From: Octopus vulgaris | Taxonomy: Eukaryota | Direction: 5' to 3' | Assembly: GCA_951406725.2 (NCBI GenBank) | Contig: OX597822.1 | Location: 82,150,001-82,214,000, forward strand | Length of the DNA stretch: 64,000 bases | Part shown: positions 1 through 11,959 of the stretch, piece by piece | Layout: each line of letters begins with the position of its first letter | Numbering within the stretch: position 1 is the first letter of the stretch | The notes under the pieces: model-generated | What the model saw: only the letters and a program-made list of their open reading frames with translations | Database searches by the model: none | What the model was told of the DNA's origin: nothing | Translations under genes and position numbers: made by a program

Positions 1-602
1 CTCATTTCAGTTAAGTAAAATGGACAAATGAGAAACGAGGTACCTTGCTGAAGGACACAATGTACCACCTGACTCAAGAATCGAACCCACAACTACATCT
101 TCAAAAGTTTAACACGTGACCTACTGAGGTAATCATCATCATCGTTTAATGTCCATTTGCCATGGACATTAAGGTTGGATAGTTTAGTTTGGTTCCTACA
201 GCAGGATGCCTTTCCTAATGCCAACCATTTTACAATGCTTTTAATGTGGCACCACCAGGATATATATATATATATATATACTGCTAATATAGGATGAAGT
301 TTTTTTTACAGAAAAAAATTCCATAAAAAAATGTGGCAGCATATTAAAATACCTTTATGGTTAAAATTATAAACAACTTATAAATAAGGGCTAAAGAAAA
401 CTATTTCAATGCCAATATGCTGATAACAGACTTTTAAATCGTTAATTTCTACATATTATTTACTTGCTACAGAAAAAAACACGAAGAACTGAAATCGGGG
501 AAGCCAGCCGGTAGAATTTTTTTTAAAAGTTCGTTATTTCTATATTGAATCAAATGCTATATATAAGCACACACATGCCTATTCACACACACATAGGGGT
601 GG

Positions 603-668
603 AGTGACTTTAAAGTTTTAGCCTGCTAGTTCAAGGAAGGCAAGCAGGCCAAAACTTTCGAAGTCACT
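603..668. repeat. Inverted repeat of two hammerhead 3' halves (same family as 61149-61236)
   Basis: agtgactttaaagttttagcctgc (603-626) pairs with gcaggccaaaactttcgaagtcact (644-668). The right arm reads GGCC-(G>A)AAAC-TTTCGAA-GTC-ACTG. Confidence 0.5.
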
Positions 669-796
669 GCTGACCCTCGTCTTGTAAATGTCTGATAGAC
701 ATGTACTCTACAAAGAATTGAGTAATCTTTTGGTTTAATGTTAAATTGTTTCTATTATAATTCAAAATAAAAACAAACATATATATATATATATAT

Positions 797-1163
797 TCTT
801 TTTCTTTTTACTTGTTTCAGTCATTTGACTGCAGCCACGGTGGAGCAGTGCCTTTAGTCAAGCAAATCAACCCCAAGACTTATTATTTCTAAGCCTAGTA
901 CTTATTCTATCAGTCTCTTAGGCCGAACCGCTAAGTTACAGGGACGTAAACACACCAGTATTGGTTGTCAAGTAGTGGTTGGGGGACAAACACAGACACA
1001 CATACATATACGACGGGCTTCTTTCAGTTTCCATCTACCAAATCCACTCACAAGTCTTTGGTCGGCCCAAGGCTATAGTAGAAGACACTTGCTCAAGGTG
1101 CCACGCAGAGGGACTGAACCCGGAACCATGTGGTTGGGAAGCAAACATACCATACAGCCATTC
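797..1163 (-). mobile_element. SINE family A (tRNA-like head, internal (TA/CA)n, ...gaaacaagtaaaag tail)
   Basis: Reverse complement of the complete copy at 23061-23463. Confidence 0.85.
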
Positions 1164-1432
1164 CGGTGCTTTGTTGGCTCAAATTATTGGCTGCTTTGCC
1201 TTCAAGCATTTGAGCCGAGTGCTGAACAGTGATAGATCAGTAATTATTTACCAATCAACATATTGAAGATTGTAAAGATCTCAGACATTTAACTAAGAAT
1301 TCCAAACAGCTGACCTCAAATCAATTATCTCTGACCTCATCTATTTATCTGCTTTTTTATCATCGACATTGGAAACACGGAAAACATGTAATGCGGGCTT
1401 GTTTCTATTATTACCAACCATATTACTTACAC

Positions 1433-1464
<32 letters not shown>

Positions 1465-2242
1465 TTTCTCTCTCTTTCTTTCTTTCTCTCTCTTTCTTTC
1501 TTTCTCTCTCTCTCTTCCCCATTTCTCTCTTTTGTCTCCTTGTATTTATGGCCTTGCTTCAGGTGATTTGGGGGACTTCCAGCAAGGTTTTCCATCTCAT
1601 TATCTCCGCCCCCCCCCCACCTCTACCACCACCACATTCAATTACCATTTCTCTCTTCTTCTCCACTTCCTTCTTATTTTCTTTATATTCTTTCTCTGAA
1701 AACTAATTTTTTATCTTTCAATTGGCTGATTTGTCTGACAATATGTCTGTCTGTCTGTCTCTCCCTCTCTCTCATTATCCAGTTCTCTTGTTTCTATCAC
1801 TACCACCACTAAAACCATCATCACCACCACCTCCACCACCATCCTCACCATCATCATCACCATCATCATCATCATTGCCCCACTTGCTTGCTGCTGCTGC
1901 CACTTCCCACACTCTCTAGAAAGTAATGACTTACCAAACTATAGTTCATGAGTTCAAATCAAAACTGCAAACACTTGTTGTGTCTGTGCAAATGAAAGAT
2001 ATTCTACCACAAAAACCTACACACACGCAAACACACACACACACACACACAAACACAAACATACACACATGCAAACACACAAACACACACACACACACAG
2101 AGGCACAGATAAAGATGATAAATATTCTTTGTGTGGGATATTCGAGATCCATTTCACCCCACATCTGTTTATTTCACACAGCCATTGCTAACAACAACAC
2201 TGACTCCATGTTTAGTCTTTTGGCATTGAATATTTTGTTTTA

Positions 2243-2623
2243 TCTTTTACTTGTTTCACTCATTAGACCATAGCCATGCTGGGGCACTGCCTTGAAGAAT
2301 ATTTAGTCGAACGAATCAACTCCAGTACTTTCTTTTTAAGCCTGGTACTTTATTGGTCTCTTCTACTGAACTGCTAAGTTATGGGGGATATAAACACACC
2401 AACACCAGTTGAGTGGTGGTGGACAAACAGACACAAACACATGCACACATATATATACATGATGGCTTCTTTCAGTTTCCGTCTAACAAATTCACTCAAA
2501 AGGCTTTGGTCGGCCTAAGACTATAGTAGCAGACACTTGCCCAAGGTGCCACGCAGAGGGACCGAACCTAGAATTATGTGGCTGAGAAGCAAACTTCTTA
2601 CCACACAGCCATACCTGCACCTA
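2243..2623 (-). mobile_element. SINE family A
   Basis: Collinear with the other family A copies (gacacttgcccaaggtgccacgcag...cttaccacacagcc). Confidence 0.8.
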
Positions 2624-2788
2624 TGAATATATGTATATATATATATATACGTGTGTGTGTGTATTTAGTCAAGGAATTATGGTCTCTTAAGGGACGCAAG
2701 CATCCTACTTCTCCAGTTTATACCAGTATTCAGTGAAAACTAAGTTTATTAGTTTATCATTGAAACGTATAGGTATCTTTGAATCTTT

Positions 2789-2929
2789 GAGTTGAGCAAA
2801 TCCACCCCAGGACTTATTCATTGTAAGCCTCGTATTTATTCTATCAGTGTCTTAGGCTGAACTGCTAAGTTATGGGGACATAAACACACCAGCATCGGTT
2901 GTCAAGCGATGTTGGGGGAACAAACACAG

Positions 2930-2974
<45 letters not shown>

Positions 2975-3128
2975 CACAATGGGCTTCTTTCAGTTTCCGT
3001 CTACCAAATCCACTCACAAGGCTTTGGTCAGCCCGAGGCTATAGTAGAAGACACTTGCTCAAGGTGCCACACAGGACTGAACCCGGAACCATGTGGTTCA
3101 TAAGCAAGCTACTTACCACACAGCCACT
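2789..3128 (-). mobile_element. SINE family A, tail-truncated
   Basis: Same head and body as 797-1163. Confidence 0.8.
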
Positions 3129-3158
3129 GTCAATTTTTCTATTTTCTTCCTTTTCATA

Positions 3159-3204
<46 letters not shown>

Positions 3205-3659
3205 TAGATAGATAGATAGATAGATCAAAACATATATATATGGATCAAACTATTTTGACCCCTTCATGTAATTCCCAATAGATTTGTTGAGTGCCCTTCT
3301 TTTGTTTGTCCATTCACTCGTGTACATGTATATATATATATATGTTCTACTGAAGCTGGAAAGACCTCACAAGCTGTTACACAGGGTTTCCATTTAATCG
3401 ATTACTATAGCTCTATATTTTCCTGTTACTTTTCTCTTACTTCTCTCCTCTTCCTGAACTTGCAACTTTCTTTTTTTGTTAATCTTGTTCATTTTTCTTA
3501 CTTCCCTATTTATGTGCTTTATACCCCTCCACATGCCACACATGTCACTAATTTTCTTCTCTCACAGAACAAAAAACATTTTTTGTACCAGTGTTGTATT
3601 GTAATCAGTCTTTCTCCCATTTTTCTCTTTTTCCTCCCTTGGAAATTGTAGCTGTGATA

Positions 3660-3981
3660 CCAGTGCCACGTAAACAAACCATCCGAACGTGGCCGTTGCC
3701 AGCGCCGCCCCGACGGGCCTCCGTGCCGGTGGCACGTAAAAAGCACCATCCGACCATGGCCATTTGCCAGTCCCGCCTGGCACCTGTGCTGGTGGCACGT
3801 AAAAAGCACCCACTACACTCATGGAGTGGTTGGCGTTAGGAAGGGCACCCAGCCGTAGAAACATTGCCAGATCAGACTGGGCCTGGTACAGTCTTCTGGC
3901 TTCCTAGACCCCAGTTGAACCATCCAACCCATGCTAGCATGGAAAGCGGATGCTAAATGATGATGATAATGATGATGATGA
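3660..3981 (+). mobile_element. RTE 3'-UTR fragment with (GAT)n tail
   Basis: Matches the 3' UTR of the LINE at 22190-22449 (gtgccggtggcacgtaaaaagcacc...ggagtggttggcgttaggaagggc...gatgatgat). Confidence 0.85.
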
Positions 3982-4496
3982 TAATTCCTCTCCTTGAACT
4001 CCAACGTTTTCCTTGTTTTATTCCATTCTTCATGCCTTCCTCCCATGTAACAGCTCCTCACACCCATGCTCTTCCATACACTTTCATCACACCCTCTACA
4101 TTCTCCTTACCTCTCCTTTTACCCCACCCTCACTTCTACCAGCTCCATTCCATGCTTCTCTCACACACACAATGCATTACGCATACATACAACTCACACT
4201 GCTCACCACCCATGCAACTATACTCCTGCACTTGCACATCTCTCTACACACACATACAACCCAACAGAACAACAACACACACACATCATTTCCACTCCTT
4301 ATACCCGTCTCAACTCATGAAGACACCAACCCACACCAACCCTTCCTCCCTTCTTAATTTCCCACACCCCATAGAACACCATTCTCACTGGTTCAATTGC
4401 TCTCACCCAAGATTTTTTTCTTTTCTTTCTTTCTCAACCACTTTTCTTCTTTCCAATCTTTTCTATGCTTTCCTTCTTGCAATTTTATATAAAACG

Positions 4497-5235
4497 TGAC
4501 CTGGGTGTTATTGTCGACAGTGATTTGCGTTGGACAAAACACATCGCTAAAATTGTCAAGAAGGCTGAGGGTGTCTTGGCATCACTCACCAAATCCTTTG
4601 TGAGCCGCTCTCCGGTATCTATCTGCGGCTTTATATAGCTATGGTAAGACCTCACCTGGAATTTGCATCACCGGTCTGGAACCCCTATCTTGCCCAGGAT
4701 ATCAATTGTCTGGAAGCTGTTCAGCGACTTGCAACCAAAAGAATACCCTCCATCAGGCATTTGCCATATCCTGAACCTTACTTCCCTGGGCATGGACACA
4801 TTGAAACTCCGACATCTGGCAGCTGACTTGGCAGACACCCATAAAATTATCAACCATCGTACAAACAATAACTCTGAGCACCTTTTCAAACTCCACTCAT
4901 CTAACACCCGTGGACATATTTACAAAGTAAGAAAACAGCACAGCTCCCATGACTTCAGGAAACATTTTTTCACGCTGAGAGTTGCTGAAGCATGGAACAA
5001 ACTGCCGGCATCAGTTGTTAGTTGTCGGAGCACTGCATCCTTCAAAACTTCCATGCTTCCTGAGATTCACCAACACTACACTTGATTTTCTCCCCTCCAT
5101 ACACACACAGGCATGTATCTGACTCATACATTGTTCGCTTTCCAGACATTTCTACATTACTGCATGTACTTTATATGCACTTTCTGACAAGTTGTGGTGC
5201 ACCTGAGCACTGTATACAATAATTTCATTATTATT
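4497..5235 (+). mobile_element. CR1-group LINE 3' fragment (RT C-terminus, frameshifted)
   Basis: Translations DLGVIVDSDLRW, VRPHLEFASPVWNPYL..LEAVQRLATK and TRGHIYKV..FFTLRVAEAWNKLP, followed by a (TTA)n tail. Confidence 0.85.
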
Positions 5236-5419
5236 TATTTAATATTATTATTAATATCAGGAAATCAATATTAGAAAATTCTTCAGAAAGCTATATACAT
5301 ATGTAAAATAATTGTTGTATTAAAAATATAAATATATATAAATATATGTAAATATGTATAAGTATAAATATATAATAATAAATATGACAGTTTAAAAGTT
5401 TCGAATTAATTTTTTAAAG

Positions 5420-5511
5420 CATCTCACAATTGTTTCGCAGAAGTGCTGTCCCTATAATGAAATCCTATATTGATAAGCATTTATAGACAACTCTTCTGCT
5501 CTTCAGAGATA
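5420..5511 (-). ncRNA. Type-I hammerhead ribozyme motif with long stem II
   Basis: Minus strand: atct-CTGAAGA-GCAGAAG...CTTCTGC-GAAAC-AATT-GTG-agat. Stem I atct/agat, 7-bp perfect stem II, palindromic stem III ACAATTGT. The cleavage triplet GUG is non-canonical. Confidence 0.65.
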
Positions 5512-5949
5512 TAAAATTTGAAATTTGTATAATTTATCGAATGGTAGTTTTTTAAAAAATATGAAGTAATATAGGAATGGAAAATCATCCAAAATATTAA
5601 GATTCTGTCTCTTTATTATGTGTTAAACTAATACAATACTTGTTAAAACTTGTACCTCCTGATTTTTGCTTTCATTCATTGCATTTATACTCCCAATATA
5701 TTTTTGATACTTCCAGGCCTCTTAAATTATCTGAATTTTATAGTATTATGTATCCATCACAGCTGGTCTTACCAATCAGTTTCATATAAAGAATACAATG
5801 GAATGTTAGGTAACAATCCAATTATATAACTCTACGCTCATCAGGGACAACTGATATGGAAGAGAATATGGCAGAACTCCCTTTGGTTATGAATGACCAT
5901 GGGTTTGCACCTAGAAAGTTCTCCTCCGAGACACCTTCATATATACAGT

Positions 5950-6112
5950 TGATCACATCAACTCCGGTACTCAACTGGTATATAATTTATTGACCCCGAA
6001 AGAATGAAAGGCAAAGTTGACCACAGTGGAATTTGAACTCAGAACGCAAGGACAGACCAAATGCTGCTAATTATTTTCCCTAACATACTAATGATTCTGC
6101 CAGCTTGCCACT
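5950..6112 (-). mobile_element. SINE family B (ggcgagctggcagaa...gagttcaaattcc...ctttgcctttcatcc; MetaSINE-like central motif)
   Basis: Reverse complement of 49308-49541. Confidence 0.75.
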
Positions 6113-6225
6113 TTAAAAAAAAATAATAATAGTAATAATAATAATTATAATAATAATAATAATTATATTATTATTATCATCATCATTATTATTATTATAT
6201 ATATCTCTCTCTAATACACACACAC

Positions 6226-6450
6226 CATCATCATCATCACCATTTAATGTCCATTTTCCATGCTGGCATGAGTTGGACGGTTTGACAGGAGCTGGCAAGC
6301 CAGAGGGCCGCACCAGGCTCCAATTGTCTGCATTGACACAGTTTCTATGGTTGGATGCCCTTTCTAAGACTGACCCCTTTACAGAGTGTCCTGGATGCTT
6401 TTTATGTAGCACAAGCACCAGTAAGGTCACCAAGTAACTCTGCAAGAGAA
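6226..6450 (-). mobile_element. RTE-tail repeat
   Basis: (CAT)n followed by ttttccatgctggcatg..ttggacggtttgac, the reverse of the RTE 3' end. Confidence 0.75.
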
Positions 6451-7109
6451 AGGACCCCTTGACTGAGGTGGGAATATTATTGAGGGAGGGTTTTTTGTGC
6501 CAAGAGATAAAAGGTTAGGGAATGATAGAGGGACAAAAACAGAGGTCTTACACTAGAGGTGATACAAAGGTACCTTAGTAAGAAGAAGACAGAGGAGAAA
6601 GAAGAGATAGATAAGATGGTGATGTGCTGGAGCATACCCTCAAGTTACATGGTGGTGTATAGAAGCAGCAAAGAGGATTCGATGGGGTGAGCTGAGGCAG
6701 GAGAGTTTTGGAAAAATATGTATTTATTGTTGTTTAGCCCCAGGTCAGCTCAGACCAGGCAGATATATGATCAAAAAATAGTTCAACCTTGAGTGTTACA
6801 TCATTTTTTTTTTTTTCAAATACTGTATATCTAGGATCAGGTTGCTGAATACATCCATTTTTAATATATTAGCATGTGATTTGAAGGCACTTTGGCTGTA
6901 CTATCTAGCAGCTTAAAACCTTGCAGAAACTCATTTGCTCAATATGCACACTGCTGTTTATGTAGATGTAAATCACCAAGTTTATTTCTAGAAATATTGG
7001 TGTGTGCATGTTCATGTCTAAATTTGTGTGCACTTGGAATTCTTATATATATTTGTGTGCGTGTGTGTTCATGCACTTTTGTGCTTTTCAAGTATTTCTT
7101 TACATGTGG

Positions 7110-7440
7110 CTAGTGCCAGTGTTGCCTGACTGGCACCTGTGCCGGTGGCATGTAAAAAACACCATTTGAGCATGGCCAATGCCAGTGCCACTTGACTGGC
7201 ACCTGTGCAGGTAGCATGTATAAAACACCATTTAAGCATGGCCTGTGCCAGTGCCACTGACTGGCACCCATGCTAGTGGCATGTAAAAAACATCCACTAG
7301 TTGGTGTTAGGAAGGACATCCAGCTGTAGAAACCTTGCCAAGTCAGATTGGAGCCTGGTGCAGCCTCCCAGTCCTCAGTCAAACCGTCCAACCCATGCTA
7401 GCATGGAAAGCAGACGTTAAGCAACGATGATGGTGATGAT
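7110..7440 (+). mobile_element. RTE 3'-UTR fragment with three tandem hairpin modules
   Basis: Three ~66-bp ggcacctgtgccggtggcatgtaaaaa units, then the RTE terminus and (GAT)n. Confidence 0.8.
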
Positions 7441-8409
7441 GTGTATGTTGTTTGCATACCTTTCTATTCAAGCTTGTATTTATTTGTGTGTGAGTATGAA
7501 TGAGTATCAATGTGTGTATGTATGTGTTTTGTGTGCCAAGTGCATATATGTATACATGGTGTGTGTGTGTCCATACGTATACTGATTGTGTGATAGAGGT
7601 CTCGGCTGTGGCAATGTGTTAATTACATTAAAGGAATAACATGTTTATAGTTGCAGTAAAGACTGGAGAACAGATTGTACATGCATGTGGATTTGTGTGT
7701 GTTGAGGTTTGTGTGTTTGTTGATGCATGTGCATGTTGAGGCCCGTGTGTGTGTGTGTGTGTGCATGCGCATTTGATAATGTTTTACAGTGTCTTGGTTG
7801 TGTCTATTACTAGGATAGAACAACTTGTTTACAATTGCAGTACAGATTCGAGATAAGATAGCAGGCACGTGTGTGCGTGTGTGATTTGTAATGTTTGTGT
7901 CTGTCTCTGTGAGGTAACATGTGTAAGTATAGAGGTGGGAGGTGAGGAGGAAAAAAGAAGATAGAAGAGACACTGATATAAGAGAAACCGTATAGTTGTT
8001 AGTCTTGTTTTAGACTGTGTTGTAGTTGTTAGTGTTGTTGTTGTTGATTGTGCTGCTCAATAATGGCTTCCCAGGCTATAGACATCATATATATATAAAT
8101 ATATATATATATCTAAATGTATACGTTTGTGAACACACACGATGTGCACACATACAATTAGTTAAGTGTTTGTGTTTACAAACTAAATAAAAGTACTCAA
8201 AAAGGCAAAGGTTTATAGGTTTTATTCGGGAATTTATTTTAAAACTGCAATTTCACAAATTACAATGATTACTTTCACATTCCTGATTCTAATTCAGCAC
8301 AAGAGCATCTACATAATCTCTTAAACCAGTAGAAATAGCAGCCAATTTTTTCCTCAAATCACAAGTTACCATTTTTGAATGAAGAAAGACAAAGTAAACA
8401 ATGTACACA

Positions 8410-8452
<43 letters not shown>

Positions 8453-8522
8453 ATGGTAGGACAACAAAAGAATGAATGAGACCTCAATATTATGTAAATA
8501 GAGGAATTTATCTGTAATATAA

Positions 8523-8597
8523 TTGTCTTAATAACTGATGAGATGCCGGAGCAGTTTTCCACCCTGACATCCGAAACTTGGAGTTTTATTATGGCAA
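8523..8597 (+). ncRNA. Type-I hammerhead ribozyme motif
   Basis: ttgtcttaataa-CTGATGA(8535-8541)-GATGCCGGAG...CCCTGACATC-C-GAAAC(8573-8577)-TTGGA-GTT-ttattatggcaa. Stem I is 12 bp with one mismatch and one G:U; stem III is ACT/AGT. Confidence 0.7.
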
Positions 8598-9094
8598 CCG
8601 AATAATTGTCACATATTATATTACATATATATACATACACATGCTAAAAGAAAAATGGCAGGGTGGTCGAGGATGGAAAAGCTCTGATGAAGAGTGTTTG
8701 ATCAGACCTTACTTGGGACTAAAAAAAACAAGTTTATCATAGTTGTGCATTGAAAGCCCTTCATCAAAAACATGGATGATTCTTTGTCTCGAAGGAAAAT
8801 ATGAGATTTACAAATGTCCTGCACCATAAGGTTTAGAGGTGTGAAGTGATCAGGATTCCTAAAGCAGTAAGAAGTAGGACTTCCCAGGTGAAATATCTGT
8901 ATGTAATGATATTGGTACACCCAATTCACTGATAGCAAAAACAGAAAGAAGGGGCATGGGAATGTGACTATAAGTGGTTTCTGATTGTAAAGAATATTTG
9001 GAAGGAAAAGTTCTACTCCATGGAGGTCCAGCTGAGAGACCAGGAAGGGAAATTGAAGATTATATGAATAACTAGCAATTAATGGTATTCATGA

Positions 9095-9307
9095 TGACAT
9101 GTAAAAAGCACCGGTGCTGATGCCATGTAAAAATAACCCAGTGTACTCAGTAAAGTGGTTTGTGTTAGGAAAGGCATCCATTCGTAGAAACCATACCAAA
9201 ACAGACAACTGGAAATTGGTGCAGTTCTCTCACTTACTGGCTTCTGTCAAACCATCCAACCCGTGCCATCATGGAAAACTGACGTTAGAAGATGATGATG
9301 ATGATGA
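9095..9307 (+). mobile_element. RTE-tail repeat
   Basis: catgtaaaaagcacc...ccatccaacccgtgcca...gatgatgat. Confidence 0.75.
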
Positions 9308-9712
9308 AAGCTGCTGGGGTCATTAAGAATAGTCACTGAGATTGTGAAAATCTCCAGTGAGGAAGGACATACACAAGTCATTCCCAAAGTCAATTAATAC
9401 AGGGAGGGGTTGTTGTCTAGGACTGATATTGAGACATCATCATTGTCAATAGCTACATGAAAAAGGTGATTCTCTGGAAAGGTGTTTATGGGAGTTCCCT
9501 GACTACAGAGGCATCAAACTGTGGGACCAAGATATGAAAGTATCAGACAAATTACAGTACTTCTAATTAAGAAGGAAATGATCTTAAATGTGATGTAGTT
9601 TTGTTTTGTTTAGAGTTAGATGCACCGTCTTTGGGAAAATAAATACAAGGTGACCTGACATTAAACAACAAGAACTCAAGCTAACATTTAAGATAATAAT
9701 AATAATAATAAT

Positions 9713-9939
9713 CCTTTCTATTATACGGTTAAGGCCCAAAATTGTGGGAAAGGATTTAAGTCAATTTACATTGACCCCTGTATTCAACAGGTACTTATTT
9801 TATCGACCCTGAAAACATGAAAGACAAATTCTAACTTGGTAGAATTTGAACTCAGAGCATGAAGACAGATGAAATGAGACTAATTATTTTGCCTGGTGTG
9901 CTCATGATTCTCCTAACGATTCTGCCAAATCACAGCCTT
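9713..9939 (-). mobile_element. SINE family B
   Basis: Homologous to 11058-11271 and flanked by (AAT)n. Confidence 0.7.
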
Positions 9940-10519
9940 ATCTATGATAATAATAATAATGATGGCAATAGATTATTTCTTATCTAGAATTAAGTCATTT
10001 GAGAAATGATAAACTTATCAGTCTACAAACATCAACATTGTACAGAATTGGTAAATTATTTTTGAGAAATTCCTCAAATTGAAATCACAACAAATGAAAT
10101 GAAGAAACATTTTTTTTTATAGATTCCATTTTCCATACAGAAAACTAAGCATATAAAATCAAATTTAAACAATGATGGTGGTGATGATGATGATGATGGT
10201 GGTATAGTGATGGTATGATAATGATGGTGATGATGATAGCAATTATTACAAGCAGGATGAAACATTTTAACCTGCCAGGCAAAACAGACGGATATTAGTA
10301 ATTACAGTAATTTTTCAACCAAATTCATTCTACATTCAGCATTTTAAATAAATGATTGCGAATTAAACTATTTTGTAAATACAATTTTTAACATAGTTAA
10401 TATGTAACAGTATGAAATTTAATCAGCAGAAATAATAACGTTGATCATGTTTCAGAAATAATATATTAAAGATGCAGACTTCGTTATTTTGCAATGATAA
10501 TAATGATGATCTCTCTCGC

Positions 10520-10793
10520 TGGAGACGATATCTGAGTGTTCAGTTTTTGCTGAATGATCTGCACAAATGATTTGTTTAGGGTGATCAAATCTATGTGCTG
10601 TACATTAGCTCATTTCCTCCATCAAATCAATATTGTCTGTACAGGAGCACATGTGCCACATGTCATATGTTGAAATGATTGCAATGCAACATAAAATGGA
10701 GTGGTTTGCTCAAGAACACAATGCCCTGCTCTGTCCAGGAACTGAATCCATAATCTAGCGATCATGAGTGCAACGCCCTAACCACTAGGCCAT
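10520..10793 (-). mobile_element. tRNA-headed SINE (third family; related fragment at 1-130)
   Basis: Minus strand begins TGGCCTAGTGGTTAGGGCGTTGCACTCATGATCG (A box) with B-box-like GGATTCAGTTCC. Confidence 0.6.
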
Positions 10794-10814
10794 AATAATA
10801 ACAGTAATAAAAAT

Positions 10815-11050
10815 TCAGAGCATTAGGTTCAATACCACCCAATCTGAAAAAGCATCTGCAAACCTTAGAAATACCCTACAATCTAGATGTATTGCAAAAG
10901 TCAGCATTACTTGGAACTGCACCCGCATTGCATAAAGTAGTCTGTCTGAGGTCCTTGTTGTGACTTGACAAACAGTACAAACCCCCGGTAGACACAATGT
11001 CTTCAATCAAGAACCTCACAATATTGTATACTGTGCAACGTTTATGATAA
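10815..11050 (+). mobile_element. R4/Dong-clade non-LTR retrotransposon 3' fragment
   Basis: Translation ALGSIPPNLKKHLQTLEIPYNLDVLQKSALLGTA matches the R4/Dong C-terminal motif. It is flanked by (TAA)n, the known Dong target. Confidence 0.65.
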
Positions 11051-11057
11051 TAATAAT

Positions 11058-11271
11058 ACTTTCTACAATAGGTACAAGGCCTGGATTTTTGTGGAGAGGG
11101 AGACAGTCAATCACATTGACCCCCTCCCCACCTGGTACTTAAATTATCGGCCCCCAAAAAGATGAAAGGCAAAGTTGACCTCAGCAGAGTTTGAACTCAC
11201 AATGTAGCAACAGATGAAATACCACTAAGCATTTCGCCTGGCATGCTAACAATTCTGCCAGCTCACTGCCT
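11058..11271 (-). mobile_element. SINE family B
   Basis: gatgaaaggcaaagttgacctcagcagagtttgaactc...ttctgccagctcactgcc. Confidence 0.8.
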
Positions 11272-11959
11272 AAATAATAATAATGATAATAATAATAATG
11301 ATAACAATAAATATCCTTATGTTGTTGTTTTCCTTTATTAATCATGGGGCAACAAATTATGCACTATATCATCACAGAAATACATAATGGGATATATCAC
11401 ACTCACATATTTATATATCTTGATCAAAATGTACAGTAATATATATCTATTATGGTCAATCTCACCTACTGGTTTTGCACTAAATATTAAAACCAGATGT
11501 TAGATAACACGATTATATAATATCATGTGCTCATCAGAGCCAGCTGATATGGAAAAATATGGTAATTGCTCTCCTTTATTGGAGGTGGAAAACAACATTT
11601 GGTTTTTGGGTGCAGTGAAAAAAGACAAAATGAACTGAATAAGGGTTTAAATAAAAGTTATATCCCTTAGCCCCAAAGGTCTCTGAAATGTAAATCTAAA
11701 AGTGTTTTATGAAAATGTTTGAAGAGATTTAGGGTAAGTATTTGTGAAGGGTTGGCATGTGTGTAGGGCTATTATATATGTAGGGATTTCTTGGTGAGGA
11801 TGGGGTTGCTAGCCTGAATATTTAAGCTGATGTTAGGGCACATATATATCTATGTGTTTGCGTCTGTGTGTTTGTGTATGTTTTTGTCATACTATTTTGC
11901 TGGTCCTCAGAATTTGGTGGTGAAAGAGTCAAATGTGAAGAACTGGTGATAGTCATGAT

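Noticed and set aside
8684-8700. CTGATGA motif near the 8.5-kb hammerhead
   Set aside because: No downstream stem II or GAAA; it lies in what looks like decayed LINE sequence.
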